From Patescibacteria group bacterium (GTDB taxonomy: Bacteria; Patescibacteriota; Patescibacteriia; UBA10025; JAHIVO01), in NCBI GenBank assembly GCA_041660605.1, contig JBAZWB010000003.1:18680-82679 (forward strand): a DNA stretch of 64,000 nucleotides, written 5' to 3'. How positions within the stretch are numbered: position 1 is the first letter of the stretch; every line of letters starts with the position of its first letter. Positions 36,538 to 46,333 of this stretch are shown here, one piece after another. A model generated the notes under the pieces. That model saw nothing but the letters and a program-made list of their open reading frames with translations. It did no database searches and was not told the DNA's origin. Position numbers and translations under genes: made by a program.

Positions 36538-39105
36538 ATGCCAAACAATGAAAAGCCAGTTTCAGAAAGCGAAATGAGACTGCGTAATCAGAATGCCGCC
36601 AGCCCGGAACAATGCCTGGGCAGTCTTCAGACGACCGCGCATGGACTAGATCGCGGTGAAGTCGGGAAACGTCTGCGCGAATATGGATACAATGAGATAG
36701 TCAAAAAGGGCAAGCAAAGCATAGTCCTGGAAATACTATCAAAATTTAAAAATCCGCTGGTCATCGGCCTGATCGTCATCGCGATTTTTTCATTTTTTTT
36801 CGGTGAAAAAATCAGCGCCGTCATCGTCGTAAGCATGGCCGTATTATCAGTCGTTTTATCATTTATTCAGGAGCATAAAGCGCAAAAAAACGCTGAAAAG
36901 CTCCAGGCCATGGTACGCGTGACGGCCCGGGTTCTGCGTTCGGGGAGAATTACGGAAGTTCAGCTGAAAGAGCTGGTGCCCGGGGATATCATCGAACTGT
37001 CAGCGGGCGTCATGCTGCCGGCGGACGTGAAAATTATTTCCGCCAAGGACCTTTTTGTCAACCAATCCACGCTGAATGGCGAATCGTTTCCTGTAGAAAA
37101 ATTCCCTACGCCGCAGAATCAAAAAACCGAAACAATTTTTGACCTGGACACTATCGCTTTTATGGGCACCAGCGTGGCTAATGGAACCGCGCAGGGCGTG
37201 GTGGTGGCTACCGGCCAGCACACGCAATTCGGTCAGCTGTCCAAGCACCTCATTTCAGACGAACCGCCGACTGCCTTTGACGTCGGCATTAAAAAATTCA
37301 CTCTCCTGATGCTCACGCTTATTGCCATACTCTGCGCATTTATCTTTGCGATTAATGCGATCACCGGCCGGCACAGTGTCCTGGATTCCCTGATCTTCGC
37401 CCTGGCGGTGGCTGTCGGCATCGCGCCGGAAATGCTCCCCATGATTGTTACCGTCAATCTGTCCAAAGGCGCCCTGCGCATGGCGAAAAAAGACGTGATA
37501 ATCAAACGGCTTGATGCCATCCAAAACTTAGGTGCTATGGATGTGCTCTGCACGGACAAAACCGGCACCCTGACGCTGGACAGCGTTTCACTGGTCCGCT
37601 ATTGCGATCCGTTCGGCCAGGTCGATGAAAATGTGCTTAAAAAAGCGTATATCAACAGCACCAACCAAACCGGCCTGCAGAACCTGCTGGACAAAGCCGT
37701 CTTAAGATTCAAAAAATTCGCTATCGATGGAATTAATAAAATAGACGAGATCCCTTTTGATTTTGAGCGGAAAATAATGTCAGTCGTAGTCGAAGAAAAA
37801 GGCCGGCATCAGCTGATTGCCAAGGGAGCTCCGGAAGAAATTTTTAAGCGCTGCCGGCATTACACCTCCTCCGAGGGGACACAGCCGATGACAGCCGAAC
37901 AGCAGCAGTTGTTCCGCGAGCGGGAAGCGGCCTTTAACCATGACGGATTCCGCGTGCTGGCCATCGCTTCACGCGTATTTGAAAAACATCAAGACGCATA
38001 TAATAAAGAAGATGAACAAGACCTGATTTTTGAGGGCTTCACCGCTTTTCTGGATCCGCCGAAACCCACGGCGCGCGAAGCCATTCTTTCGCTGGAAAAA
38101 CTCGGCGTGACGCTGAAAATTCTTTCCGGCGACAATGCCTTGGTAAATCAGAAAATCTGCAAGGAAGTCGGCATTGCCGTCGATAAAATTGTCACCGGAC
38201 CGGAAATTGACAAGATGTCCGATGAGCAGCTGCAGGCAGTGGTTGAGGAAGCCGATATTTTTGCCCGCGTCATGCCTCTGCAAAAGGAACGCATCATCAG
38301 GGCTTTGCAGGCGAAAAAGCATATTGTCGGATTCCTCGGCGACGGCATCAATGACTCGCCCGCCCTAAAAGCGGCGGATACCGGCATTTCCGTTGATAAT
38401 GCCGCTGATATCGCCAAGGAAACTGCGGACATTATTTTATTGAAAAAATCCCTGAATGTGCTGTCTGACTGCGTGCGTGAAGGCCGGAGGACGTTTGCCA
38501 ATACGCTGAAATATATTAAGATGGGCGCCAGCTCGAACTTCGGCAACATGCTTTCCATGACCGGCGCCAGCATTTTTCTGCCGTTCCTGCCCATGCTGGC
38601 CACCCAGATTCTGCTTAATAATTTCCTGTATGATCTGTCGCAGGTAACGATCCCCACTGATGACGTTGACGAAGAGTATGTGGAAAAACCTAGGCCCTGG
38701 GATATCAAATACATCAGGGAATTCATCCTGGCCCTCGGCCCGGTCAGCTCAATTTTTGATTTCACTACTTTCGGCATCATGCTCTGGGTTTTCCATGCCA
38801 ATGAGCATTTATTCCAGACCGGCTGGTTCGTTGAATCGCTGTTCACGCAGACCTTCGTTATTTATATTATTCGTACGCATAAAATTCCCTTTTTCCAGAG
38901 CCGACCAAGCAAAATTCTTTTATACGCAACTCTCGGTATCGTAGCCACCGGGTGCATTATTCCCTATACGCCAATTGGAGCCTGGTTCAATTTCGTACCT
39001 CTGCCGCCGCTTTTCTTCCTAATCCTCTTGGGCATTGCCGTCGCCTACCTCCTGCTGGCGCAACTGGTAAAAGTTATTTTTGTTAAAAAATTCGGATTTG
39101 AGTAA
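36538..39105 (+). CDS. mgtA: P-type ATPase, MgtA-like Mg2+ transporter.
   Basis: DKTGTLT and GDGINDSPALK motifs. 855 aa with ten TM helices. Confidence 0.75.
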   Translation: MPNNEKPVSESEMRLRNQNAASPEQCLGSLQTTAHGLDRGEVGKRLREYGYNEIVKKGKQSIVLEILSKFKNPLVIGLIVIAIFSFFFGEKISAVIVVSMAVLSVVLSFIQEHKAQKNAEKLQAMVRVTARVLRSGRITEVQLKELVPGDIIELSAGVMLPADVKIISAKDLFVNQSTLNGESFPVEKFPTPQNQKTETIFDLDTIAFMGTSVANGTAQGVVVATGQHTQFGQLSKHLISDEPPTAFDVGIKKFTLLMLTLIAILCAFIFAINAITGRHSVLDSLIFALAVAVGIAPEMLPMIVTVNLSKGALRMAKKDVIIKRLDAIQNLGAMDVLCTDKTGTLTLDSVSLVRYCDPFGQVDENVLKKAYINSTNQTGLQNLLDKAVLRFKKFAIDGINKIDEIPFDFERKIMSVVVEEKGRHQLIAKGAPEEIFKRCRHYTSSEGTQPMTAEQQQLFREREAAFNHDGFRVLAIASRVFEKHQDAYNKEDEQDLIFEGFTAFLDPPKPTAREAILSLEKLGVTLKILSGDNALVNQKICKEVGIAVDKIVTGPEIDKMSDEQLQAVVEEADIFARVMPLQKERIIRALQAKKHIVGFLGDGINDSPALKAADTGISVDNAADIAKETADIILLKKSLNVLSDCVREGRRTFANTLKYIKMGASSNFGNMLSMTGASIFLPFLPMLATQILLNNFLYDLSQVTIPTDDVDEEYVEKPRPWDIKYIREFILALGPVSSIFDFTTFGIMLWVFHANEHLFQTGWFVESLFTQTFVIYIIRTHKIPFFQSRPSKILLYATLGIVATGCIIPYTPIGAWFNFVPLPPLFFLILLGIAVAYLLLAQLVKVIFVKKFGFE

Positions 39106-39130
39106 TTACCTTGGTTATTGTTTTTTGAAT

Positions 39131-39175
39131 AAAAAAGACCGGAATCCTGTTATAGGACTCCGGGCGAAATTTTCC
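39131..39175. terminator. Bidirectional terminator.
   Basis: AAAAAAGA-CCGGAATCCT-gttat-AGGACTCCGG. On the minus strand it is followed by TTTTTT. Confidence 0.5.
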
Positions 39176-39189
39176 AATCAGTTAGCAGT

Positions 39190-39438
39190 TTAATGCTTTT
39201 TTGCCGCTAACTTTCTCCCTACCAGATCGATGAGGTTCGAGACGGTTACGATCTTCTCGACTTCATCATCTTTGATTATGATCCCGAATGCATCCTCTAC
39301 TTTCATAGCCAGATCTGAAACATCCAATGAATCAATGTCCAGGTCGTCAGCGAAGTTCTTATTCGGTGTTACGTCATCTGCCTTTTTTTCATATTGTTCG
39401 CAAATGATGGCGATAACACTCTGCTCTGTAGTTGGCAT
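39190..39438 (-). CDS. Acyl carrier protein-like.
   Basis: DLDIDSLDVSDLAMKVEDAFGI contains the phosphopantetheine Ser in DSL. 82 aa. Confidence 0.6.
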   Translation of the reverse strand: MPTTEQSVIAIICEQYEKKADDVTPNKNFADDLDIDSLDVSDLAMKVEDAFGIIIKDDEVEKIVTVSNLIDLVGRKLAAKKH

Positions 39439-39646
39439 GACCTTGCCTCCATAAAAAAGTTACGATATTTAGGTTTTTATCACTTTAGCTGAAGTTTGAA
39501 TAACTGTCAATCATGTTTGATTAATGAAATAAAGTTGCTGATGATCAATAGTCTCATGACTGAGTTTTTAGCCATTTTCAATATATAAGAAAAGTGGGGT
39601 CAAATCACTTGCTCGCATTAAGACAATATGGTACCTTTGTCTAACT

Positions 39647-41551
39647 ATGAAAAAGATTATTGCTGGAATTCTTTCGCTGGCTGGTTGTGCCGCCTACGCA
39701 TTCATTCCCATAAAGGCGGTACTTCCTTCGTTTGTCGTCCATACCGCAGAACAGCAACAATCCGTACAAACGCAGAAATATCCGAATACGCCATTCAAGG
39801 ATTTCGGCTCTGATGCTCCATGGGTGCATCGCGCTGGGCTGGCGGCTGATATCCCCGTGATCACGTTCATCAAGGACGCAGACCAGGATTCTGTTCTGCT
39901 GGATTATGTAAGGTTTATTCGCCAAGACACTGGCCAAAGCGTTGGCGTGTATAATCCGGTCCCTGATATTACCTTAGACCAGCCATACTGGTGGCTGCGT
40001 TTGAACGGGCTGACCCCAAACTCATTAGGCCTCGCCTATGGCGATACATTGAAGTTGCGGGTTGAAATTCACTTTCGTGATCAGCTTATTTGGCATAATT
40101 ACACGCAGAATCTTCAAATTAAAATCGCCCAGCCGTGGCCGGAGCTATCAGGGTGGTATCGCGGAGACACGCATCATCATAGCTGGTATACCCAGGATAC
40201 TTTTGATTTTGGGAGTGAATTGGGGTTTGACGCTGATGCCGCCAAAGACATCGGCTTATCATGGGTGGCGCTGACTGAACACTCATATGATGTTACGCAA
40301 TCAGAGTGGCAGGATATGAAGACCCGTACCGCTAGCTTGTCTTCACCGCAATTCCAATTATTGCCGGGACTGGAATTTTCAGCTGATTCAAATAACGTTA
40401 ATGACCCGCTTGACGACCGTATCCACATCGTGGGGCTTGGCCTGCAGAATTGGATAGCTGGTCCGGACATTGTTCCGACGTTTGACGTCAATGCAACACA
40501 GCCAAAAACATTATCTGCCGTATTATCAGATATTGAGGCGCAGAACGGCATTGCCTACACCGCGCATCCCGAAACCAACTCAATTCCGATAGATATATAC
40601 GGTTTTCTGGCAAAATGGACAGATCAAAATTATTCGGAAGCGCAACAGTCCAAAGCATTCATGGGATTGCAGATTTTCAATGAACGCCCCACCTCGGAAA
40701 ACAATACCAGCATAACTACCGATAACATCAATCCTTTCCCCTGGATCCCAAATCCGAATTGGGATACGGAATGGCTGCGTGGCATTGCTAAATACAATTC
40801 TTTGGTTAAGGCGAATTTGACCCGCAAATTATTCATGCTTGGCGGCGCTGATGCCCACGGGGATGCCAATTACAAAACATTTAATGCTCAGGGTGCATTT
40901 AATTTTGCGGCGAATGAAACCGCGTATGGCAGAATTCATACAGCGCTCTATCTGCCTAACGGCCTTACCAATGAATCAATTATTGATGCCTTAAGAAACG
41001 GGCAGGCGATTTCAACCGACGGTCCGCTCGGCGCCTTCGATATTCGCAATAATCAGGATGAAGTTGTCGCCTCAATTGGCGATACGCTGCCATATACTGA
41101 CGGGCTGACCCTGCATATCAATGCGGCCTCAAGCGCTGAATTCGGTAATTTTGATAAAGCGGTCATCCATGTGCTGGCAAAAAATGATGAACGCCACATT
41201 GATATTCCTTTATCAGGGTTGCAGGCGATTGCCTCAAAAGAACTGTCGACATTTGGCATTACTGCGCCATTTGCGGTCTGGGTTGAGACGCGCACGCAAT
41301 CAGGGTATCGCAGTTTCGCAAATCCTATTTGGATTTACCCAGCCCAGGTCTGCGGTGATGCGGATGGTGATGGATCGGTGAATATCGCCGATGCGGTATA
41401 TACCGTTAATTATATTTTTAATCATGGCCCACAGCCGTATTACGGCGATAACAACAATGATGGCATGATTGACATTAGTGATGTGGTTTATCTCGTCAGT
41501 TACATTTTTTCACACGGTCCAGCTCCGCTTTGCGGCCCACTAAAAAACTAA
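39647..41551 (+). CDS. Secreted PHP-domain phosphoesterase with two C-terminal dockerin-type repeats.
   Basis: Signal peptide. PHP motifs GDTHHHS, LTEHSY and AHPE. GDADGDGSVNIADAVYTVNYIF and GDNNNDGMIDISDVVYLVSYIF match the dockerin I repeat. Confidence 0.55.
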   Translation: MKKIIAGILSLAGCAAYAFIPIKAVLPSFVVHTAEQQQSVQTQKYPNTPFKDFGSDAPWVHRAGLAADIPVITFIKDADQDSVLLDYVRFIRQDTGQSVGVYNPVPDITLDQPYWWLRLNGLTPNSLGLAYGDTLKLRVEIHFRDQLIWHNYTQNLQIKIAQPWPELSGWYRGDTHHHSWYTQDTFDFGSELGFDADAAKDIGLSWVALTEHSYDVTQSEWQDMKTRTASLSSPQFQLLPGLEFSADSNNVNDPLDDRIHIVGLGLQNWIAGPDIVPTFDVNATQPKTLSAVLSDIEAQNGIAYTAHPETNSIPIDIYGFLAKWTDQNYSEAQQSKAFMGLQIFNERPTSENNTSITTDNINPFPWIPNPNWDTEWLRGIAKYNSLVKANLTRKLFMLGGADAHGDANYKTFNAQGAFNFAANETAYGRIHTALYLPNGLTNESIIDALRNGQAISTDGPLGAFDIRNNQDEVVASIGDTLPYTDGLTLHINAASSAEFGNFDKAVIHVLAKNDERHIDIPLSGLQAIASKELSTFGITAPFAVWVETRTQSGYRSFANPIWIYPAQVCGDADGDGSVNIADAVYTVNYIFNHGPQPYYGDNNNDGMIDISDVVYLVSYIFSHGPAPLCGPLKN

Positions 41552-41596
41552 TGAAATAACCATCGAGGCTGCAATTTTTTAGCCATAATCAGCAAA

Positions 41597-41630
41597 TAAA
41601 AAAAGTGGGGCTCGCCGGAGCAAGCCTCAC
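41597..41630 (-). terminator. Rho-independent terminator for the OPT gene.
   Basis: Minus strand: GTGAGGCT..AGCCCCAC followed by TTTTTTTATTT. Confidence 0.5.
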
Positions 41631-41644
41631 TCATTGTTGAAGAG

Positions 41645-43480
41645 CTAAAGAATCCCAAAATAGAACAGAACCGGCAGTATAAGGCCAGCAATCAAGGCCT
41701 CGCCCGCGATAAACCCGGCAGCTAGAGTTATACAGTACCTCTCGTGGGTCACCGGGGAGACCTTCGACCAGATCCAGCCCCCAATTGCGCCAATGGCAAT
41801 GGGAATGTTAAGGGTGCCGGGAAGAATCAGGGCAAAACCAAATGCCGAAGCGCTAGGCAGCCACCGCCATTTTTTGATGTCACGTCCGATGGTCAACAAT
41901 ATTCCGGCGATAGCAGCGACTATGGTCCAGTTCAGCGCGGCCGGCGGAAAAGCTCCAAAGCCCTTAGACATAAGTACGGCCATATTAGCCAGCTTCAGTC
42001 CGGTCGGTGCCGCTAAACCACCTTCGGTACCCAGAGGATAGCGCGCCACCAGTATCGGATACATGATGGCAATGGCCGCTGCGCCGATGGGGATAGACAA
42101 GAACTGAACCCATGTCAGAATGCGCGGCGTGGAACCGAGAATCTTGCCCGTCCTATAGACCTGCATGGTGCCTTCGCCTTGAGCATTAATGTCCCCGGAC
42201 ATACCTGCAGCTACCAGATTGTGCCCGATATGAGGAGAAAAAAGCCGGAAAAATGCCTGGGCGGTATTAGCCATCAGCGAAACTGGTCCCTGGTTAGTCT
42301 CCCCTAAGACACGCACGCCAGCTAAAATCAGCGGGAAGCCGATCAATACCGAAAGCACAGTCTGCCAAATTGGCATATGAAAATGCGCCTGCTGGATAAA
42401 AGCCAACACTAGAGTCAAGACGGAAATCAATATGACTATTGTACGCAGGGGGACCTCTTCTTTTGGCGCGCCTGGATGGCTGGCTACCGAAAGATTCCTG
42501 AACATCTGGCCGATGGAACGCAACTTCAGCAAAACCGCAGTCAAAGCGGAAAAAATCATCAGTGCCGTGGCTGGCCACATGAACCAGAGCATCATCACCA
42601 TATAATGGCTGCCGCCCTGATACTGTTTGTAAACCGAGCTGCCGAACTGGCTGACCAACTGCTGCTGTGTCACATTCAAACTATCAGGCGAGACATTAAC
42701 AAAAGACATTAACTCTGCCGCATGCTGGGGATCCAGAGTATTCTGGACGATCTGCAGGCCGGCATGGTCGACCACAGCCGGACCCAAGTAATAAATCACT
42801 GCAGTGCCCAACAGCATAGAGAGCCCAATCCCGAGACCCACGATCAAGCCAGTACCGACCGAGAGTAAATTCCATTCCAGACCGATAGCCAAAGGCTTCT
42901 GAATAAAAATAGAACCGGCTTTCCCTAGACCATCACGGACAAAAGCCAGAGCACCACTTATAAACGCGCCTACGCCAAGACCGGCTATTTTATCGCCCGA
43001 ACCGCCAGTACTGTCCAGCACCTTGATGGTTTCTGCTGCAGCTACACCATCAGCAAAAATCATATCAGGATCTTCCATGAAATAGCGTCGGAAAAGCGCC
43101 GCTACCATGACGCCAATAGTGCCTGAACAGGACAACCAGGTAAAAATCCCCCAGCTCGTCAAGTGAATATCATTGACCACTGCCTTGTTCTGGTCCAGGT
43201 ACCCGAACGCCGCGGCAACTACACACATGAATGCGGTGGAAGTGGCCGAAGTCGCCGCCGTCTGGATGATATTGTTCTGGATGGCATTGCTACCGCGGGT
43301 TTTGGCAGCAAAAAGGTTCAGAAATATCGCTCCGAAAAACGCCGCCAAGATACTCATGTTTGGCCCCATGCCCAGCTTCAGGACAATATAAACATAAGCT
43401 GCGGAAATGATGGCCGAAATAAAAAATGCTCCGGTCACCGATTGCCAAGTGATCTCTTTCTGTTTCACTTTAACCTCCAA
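41645..43480 (-). CDS. OPT family oligopeptide transporter.
   Basis: 611 aa and about 16 TM helices. The N-terminal NNIIQTAATSA block is typical of the OPT superfamily. Confidence 0.5.
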   Translation of the reverse strand: MEVKVKQKEITWQSVTGAFFISAIISAAYVYIVLKLGMGPNMSILAAFFGAIFLNLFAAKTRGSNAIQNNIIQTAATSATSTAFMCVVAAAFGYLDQNKAVVNDIHLTSWGIFTWLSCSGTIGVMVAALFRRYFMEDPDMIFADGVAAAETIKVLDSTGGSGDKIAGLGVGAFISGALAFVRDGLGKAGSIFIQKPLAIGLEWNLLSVGTGLIVGLGIGLSMLLGTAVIYYLGPAVVDHAGLQIVQNTLDPQHAAELMSFVNVSPDSLNVTQQQLVSQFGSSVYKQYQGGSHYMVMMLWFMWPATALMIFSALTAVLLKLRSIGQMFRNLSVASHPGAPKEEVPLRTIVILISVLTLVLAFIQQAHFHMPIWQTVLSVLIGFPLILAGVRVLGETNQGPVSLMANTAQAFFRLFSPHIGHNLVAAGMSGDINAQGEGTMQVYRTGKILGSTPRILTWVQFLSIPIGAAAIAIMYPILVARYPLGTEGGLAAPTGLKLANMAVLMSKGFGAFPPAALNWTIVAAIAGILLTIGRDIKKWRWLPSASAFGFALILPGTLNIPIAIGAIGGWIWSKVSPVTHERYCITLAAGFIAGEALIAGLILPVLFYFGIL

Positions 43481-43651
43481 TGAAAACAGACTCTATTGAT
43501 TTACTTTATTTCTTTTCAAGGAACCGAGGAAATGTACGTTGAATTATCTTATTCCTTTGGCGTCTTTTGTCAAGCGGAAAGAATATTACCCAACAAGACC
43601 AAACATCCTGGAAATGTTATAATTATTGGACATTAAACTAATTTTATAATA

Positions 43652-44275
43652 ATGGGCCTGACGGAATTCATTGTTAATCACGCCACCTTAATTATTGAAA
43701 AAACCAGCTACCTGGGCATAACTATTTTAATGACGCTGGAAAGCATGATCATGCCTGTCCCTAGCGAGGCAGTTATGCCTTTTGCCGGCTTTTTATTGTA
43801 TGAGCATAAGTTAACTTTTTGGACGATAGTCCTGTTCAGCACGCTGGGCAGCATAATCGGCTCGCTGATCTCCTATTACGCCGGTGCCTATGGCGGGCGT
43901 CCTTTTGTCAGAAAATTCGGTAAGTACCTGCTTTTAAACGAGCACCATCTGGATAAAACCGAGGCTTTCTTTGCCAAATACGGAGATAAAACAATTTTTA
44001 TCAGCCGTTTCATACCTATTGTCCGCCACCTGATCTCAATTCCGGCAGGCGTCGGCCGGATGAATATGAAAAAGTTCATCCTCTATACCATCGTCGGTGC
44101 CGGATTATGGAATGCCTTTCTGACCTGGCTTGGGTACCGGCTGAAAGAAAACTGGGAAACTATCCGGCAGTACACGGAAATTGTTGACATCATTTTAATC
44201 ATTGGCATTATCGCTGTTATTGTTTGGTTTTTTATTCGCCTTAGAAGAAAAAAACTGCCGAGCCAGGATAATTAA
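43652..44275 (+). CDS. DedA family membrane protein.
   Basis: LESMIMPVPSEAVMPFAGF and FISRFIPIVRHLISIPAG. Confidence 0.8.
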   Translation: MGLTEFIVNHATLIIEKTSYLGITILMTLESMIMPVPSEAVMPFAGFLLYEHKLTFWTIVLFSTLGSIIGSLISYYAGAYGGRPFVRKFGKYLLLNEHHLDKTEAFFAKYGDKTIFISRFIPIVRHLISIPAGVGRMNMKKFILYTIVGAGLWNAFLTWLGYRLKENWETIRQYTEIVDIILIIGIIAVIVWFFIRLRRKKLPSQDN

Positions 44276-44287
44276 AGCGAAAAAATA

Positions 44288-45418
44288 ATGAATCGCTATA
44301 TTAGCCATCCCCGCCAACTGGCAAAAAAATTTCCCAGCTCAAATTACGCACTGGCGCCAATGCGCCTGGCAAAAATAATTATCTGCCTTTTCACGGTAGC
44401 AGGAATTTTTTTAATAGGCTGGCATTTTCTCTATGCTGCCAGCGAGCCTGGCCCGCAGATTTATGTTTTTAAACAACCAACCGCCACTACAAACACCAGC
44501 ACAGCCGCTAGCCAAAAAATTACGCTCATCGCTGTCGGCGATATCATGCTCTCCAGGAATGTGGAGCAGAAAATGATCAATAAAAAAGACTGGCTCTACC
44601 CTTTTCGGGAAACTTATCAGGCAACGACTAAAGGCGATATTGTCTTCGGCAACCTGGAAACCCCGATCATCGAGGGTCCCATAGTCCAAACCGGGACAAT
44701 GGTTTTCCGCACTGACCCGCAAGCCATTGCCGGATTGGAATACGGCGGGTTTAATATTCTTTCGCTGGCAAATAATCACATGAAAAACCAGGGCGAAAAA
44801 GGCATTGCCAGCACCATTGAAGAGCTGGACAAGGCCGGCATTAAACATATCGGTGCTGGCTTGAATGCTACGGAAGCCGGTGAACCGGCAATTATCGAGG
44901 CAAAAGCGACAACTTTCGGATTTTTAGCCTACAACGACGGCTCTTTTTCGCCGGCCAGTTATGAAGCGACTGAGAGCAGAAGCGGCTCGCCTTTTCTGAA
45001 TACTGAAAAATTGATCAGCGACATTCAAAATTTAAAAAGCCAGGCGGATGTAATTATTGTCTCCATGCACGCCGGCACGGAATATAATCTCCAACCAAAC
45101 CAAAAACAGATAGACTTCGCCCATACGGCCATTGATAACGGCGCCCAGCTGGTCATTGGCCATCACCCGCACGTGCTCGAACCATACGAAAAATACAACG
45201 GCGGATATATTTTTTACAGTCTGGGAAATTTCATATTTGATCAGATGTGGTCGGAAAACACCAGGCATGGCGCCATCGCTAAAATTATCTTCAGTCAGGA
45301 TAGGATAGAAAGCTTCGAACTTACCCCGGTTAAAATTTACGACTACTCCCAGCCAAAAATTGCCGAAGGCACCCAGGCTGAAGAAATTCTGTCGCAAATT
45401 CAGGATTTTACAAAATGA
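44288..45418 (+). CDS. CapA/PGA_cap family metallophosphatase (poly-gamma-glutamate-type capsule biosynthesis protein family).
   Basis: GDIM, GNLE, NNH and GHHPH metal-binding blocks. Confidence 0.7.
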   Translation: MNRYISHPRQLAKKFPSSNYALAPMRLAKIIICLFTVAGIFLIGWHFLYAASEPGPQIYVFKQPTATTNTSTAASQKITLIAVGDIMLSRNVEQKMINKKDWLYPFRETYQATTKGDIVFGNLETPIIEGPIVQTGTMVFRTDPQAIAGLEYGGFNILSLANNHMKNQGEKGIASTIEELDKAGIKHIGAGLNATEAGEPAIIEAKATTFGFLAYNDGSFSPASYEATESRSGSPFLNTEKLISDIQNLKSQADVIIVSMHAGTEYNLQPNQKQIDFAHTAIDNGAQLVIGHHPHVLEPYEKYNGGYIFYSLGNFIFDQMWSENTRHGAIAKIIFSQDRIESFELTPVKIYDYSQPKIAEGTQAEEILSQIQDFTK

Positions 45419-45458
45419 GCATTTTCTGATATAATAAAGTAGCAATTATAAAATAAAT

Positions 45459-46331
45459 ATGAAAAAAATCACCAAAGTCGTAATTCCTGCGGCTGGATAC
45501 GGCACCCGCTTCTTACCGGCGACAAAAGCTCAGCCAAAAGAAATGCTCCCCATCGTGGATAAGCCGATTATTCAATATGTGGTGGAAGAAGCGGTAAATT
45601 CGGGAATTAAGGATATTATCATAGTGACCAACTCGCTGAAAAGGTCGCTGGAAGACCATTTTGACTATTCTTTTGAACTTGAACATCAGCTGAAAGAAGG
45701 CGGCAAATTAAAAGAGTTTGAAGAAGTGCGCCGCATCGCCAAAATGGCTAATTTTATTTATATCCGCCAGAAAGGGCCGTACGGCAATGCCACGCCGGTC
45801 ATTTCAGCCGCGCATATCCTGGACAATGAACCTTTTGCCGTGCTTTGGGGTGATGAATTCATCTACAGCAACCCTCCGCGCCTTAAGCAGCTCCTGGATG
45901 TTTATGACAAATATCACTGCTCGGTTATCAGCGCAGTGCGTATTCCTGACAAAAATGACGTTTCCAAATACGGCATCGCTGAAATAAAGCCGGTCAAGGA
46001 CAATGTTTATCAGATAATGTCCCTGGTGGAAAAACCCAAGCCGGAAGAGGCGCCCTCAAACCTGGCCACTCACGGCGGATACGTTTTCACTCCCGGAATT
46101 TTTAAGCACCTCAAAGACATCAAGCCAGGAAAAGCCGGAGAAATTTGGCTGGTAGACGCCATAAAAAGCCTGATGCAGGAAGAAAAAGTCTATGCCTGCG
46201 AGATAAAAGACGGCCACTATTACGATACCGGAAACAAGCTGGAATATCTGAAAGCTAACATTGATTTCGCCCTGCAGCGGGACGATCTCCGCCAGCCACT
46301 GCTTGATTATCTTAAAACTATTAAAAAATAA
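45459..46331 (+). CDS. galU: UTP-glucose-1-phosphate uridylyltransferase.
   Basis: VIPAAGYGTRFLPATKAQPKEMLPIVDKPIIQY. Confidence 0.9.
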   Translation: MKKITKVVIPAAGYGTRFLPATKAQPKEMLPIVDKPIIQYVVEEAVNSGIKDIIIVTNSLKRSLEDHFDYSFELEHQLKEGGKLKEFEEVRRIAKMANFIYIRQKGPYGNATPVISAAHILDNEPFAVLWGDEFIYSNPPRLKQLLDVYDKYHCSVISAVRIPDKNDVSKYGIAEIKPVKDNVYQIMSLVEKPKPEEAPSNLATHGGYVFTPGIFKHLKDIKPGKAGEIWLVDAIKSLMQEEKVYACEIKDGHYYDTGNKLEYLKANIDFALQRDDLRQPLLDYLKTIKK

Positions 46332-46333
46332 TA

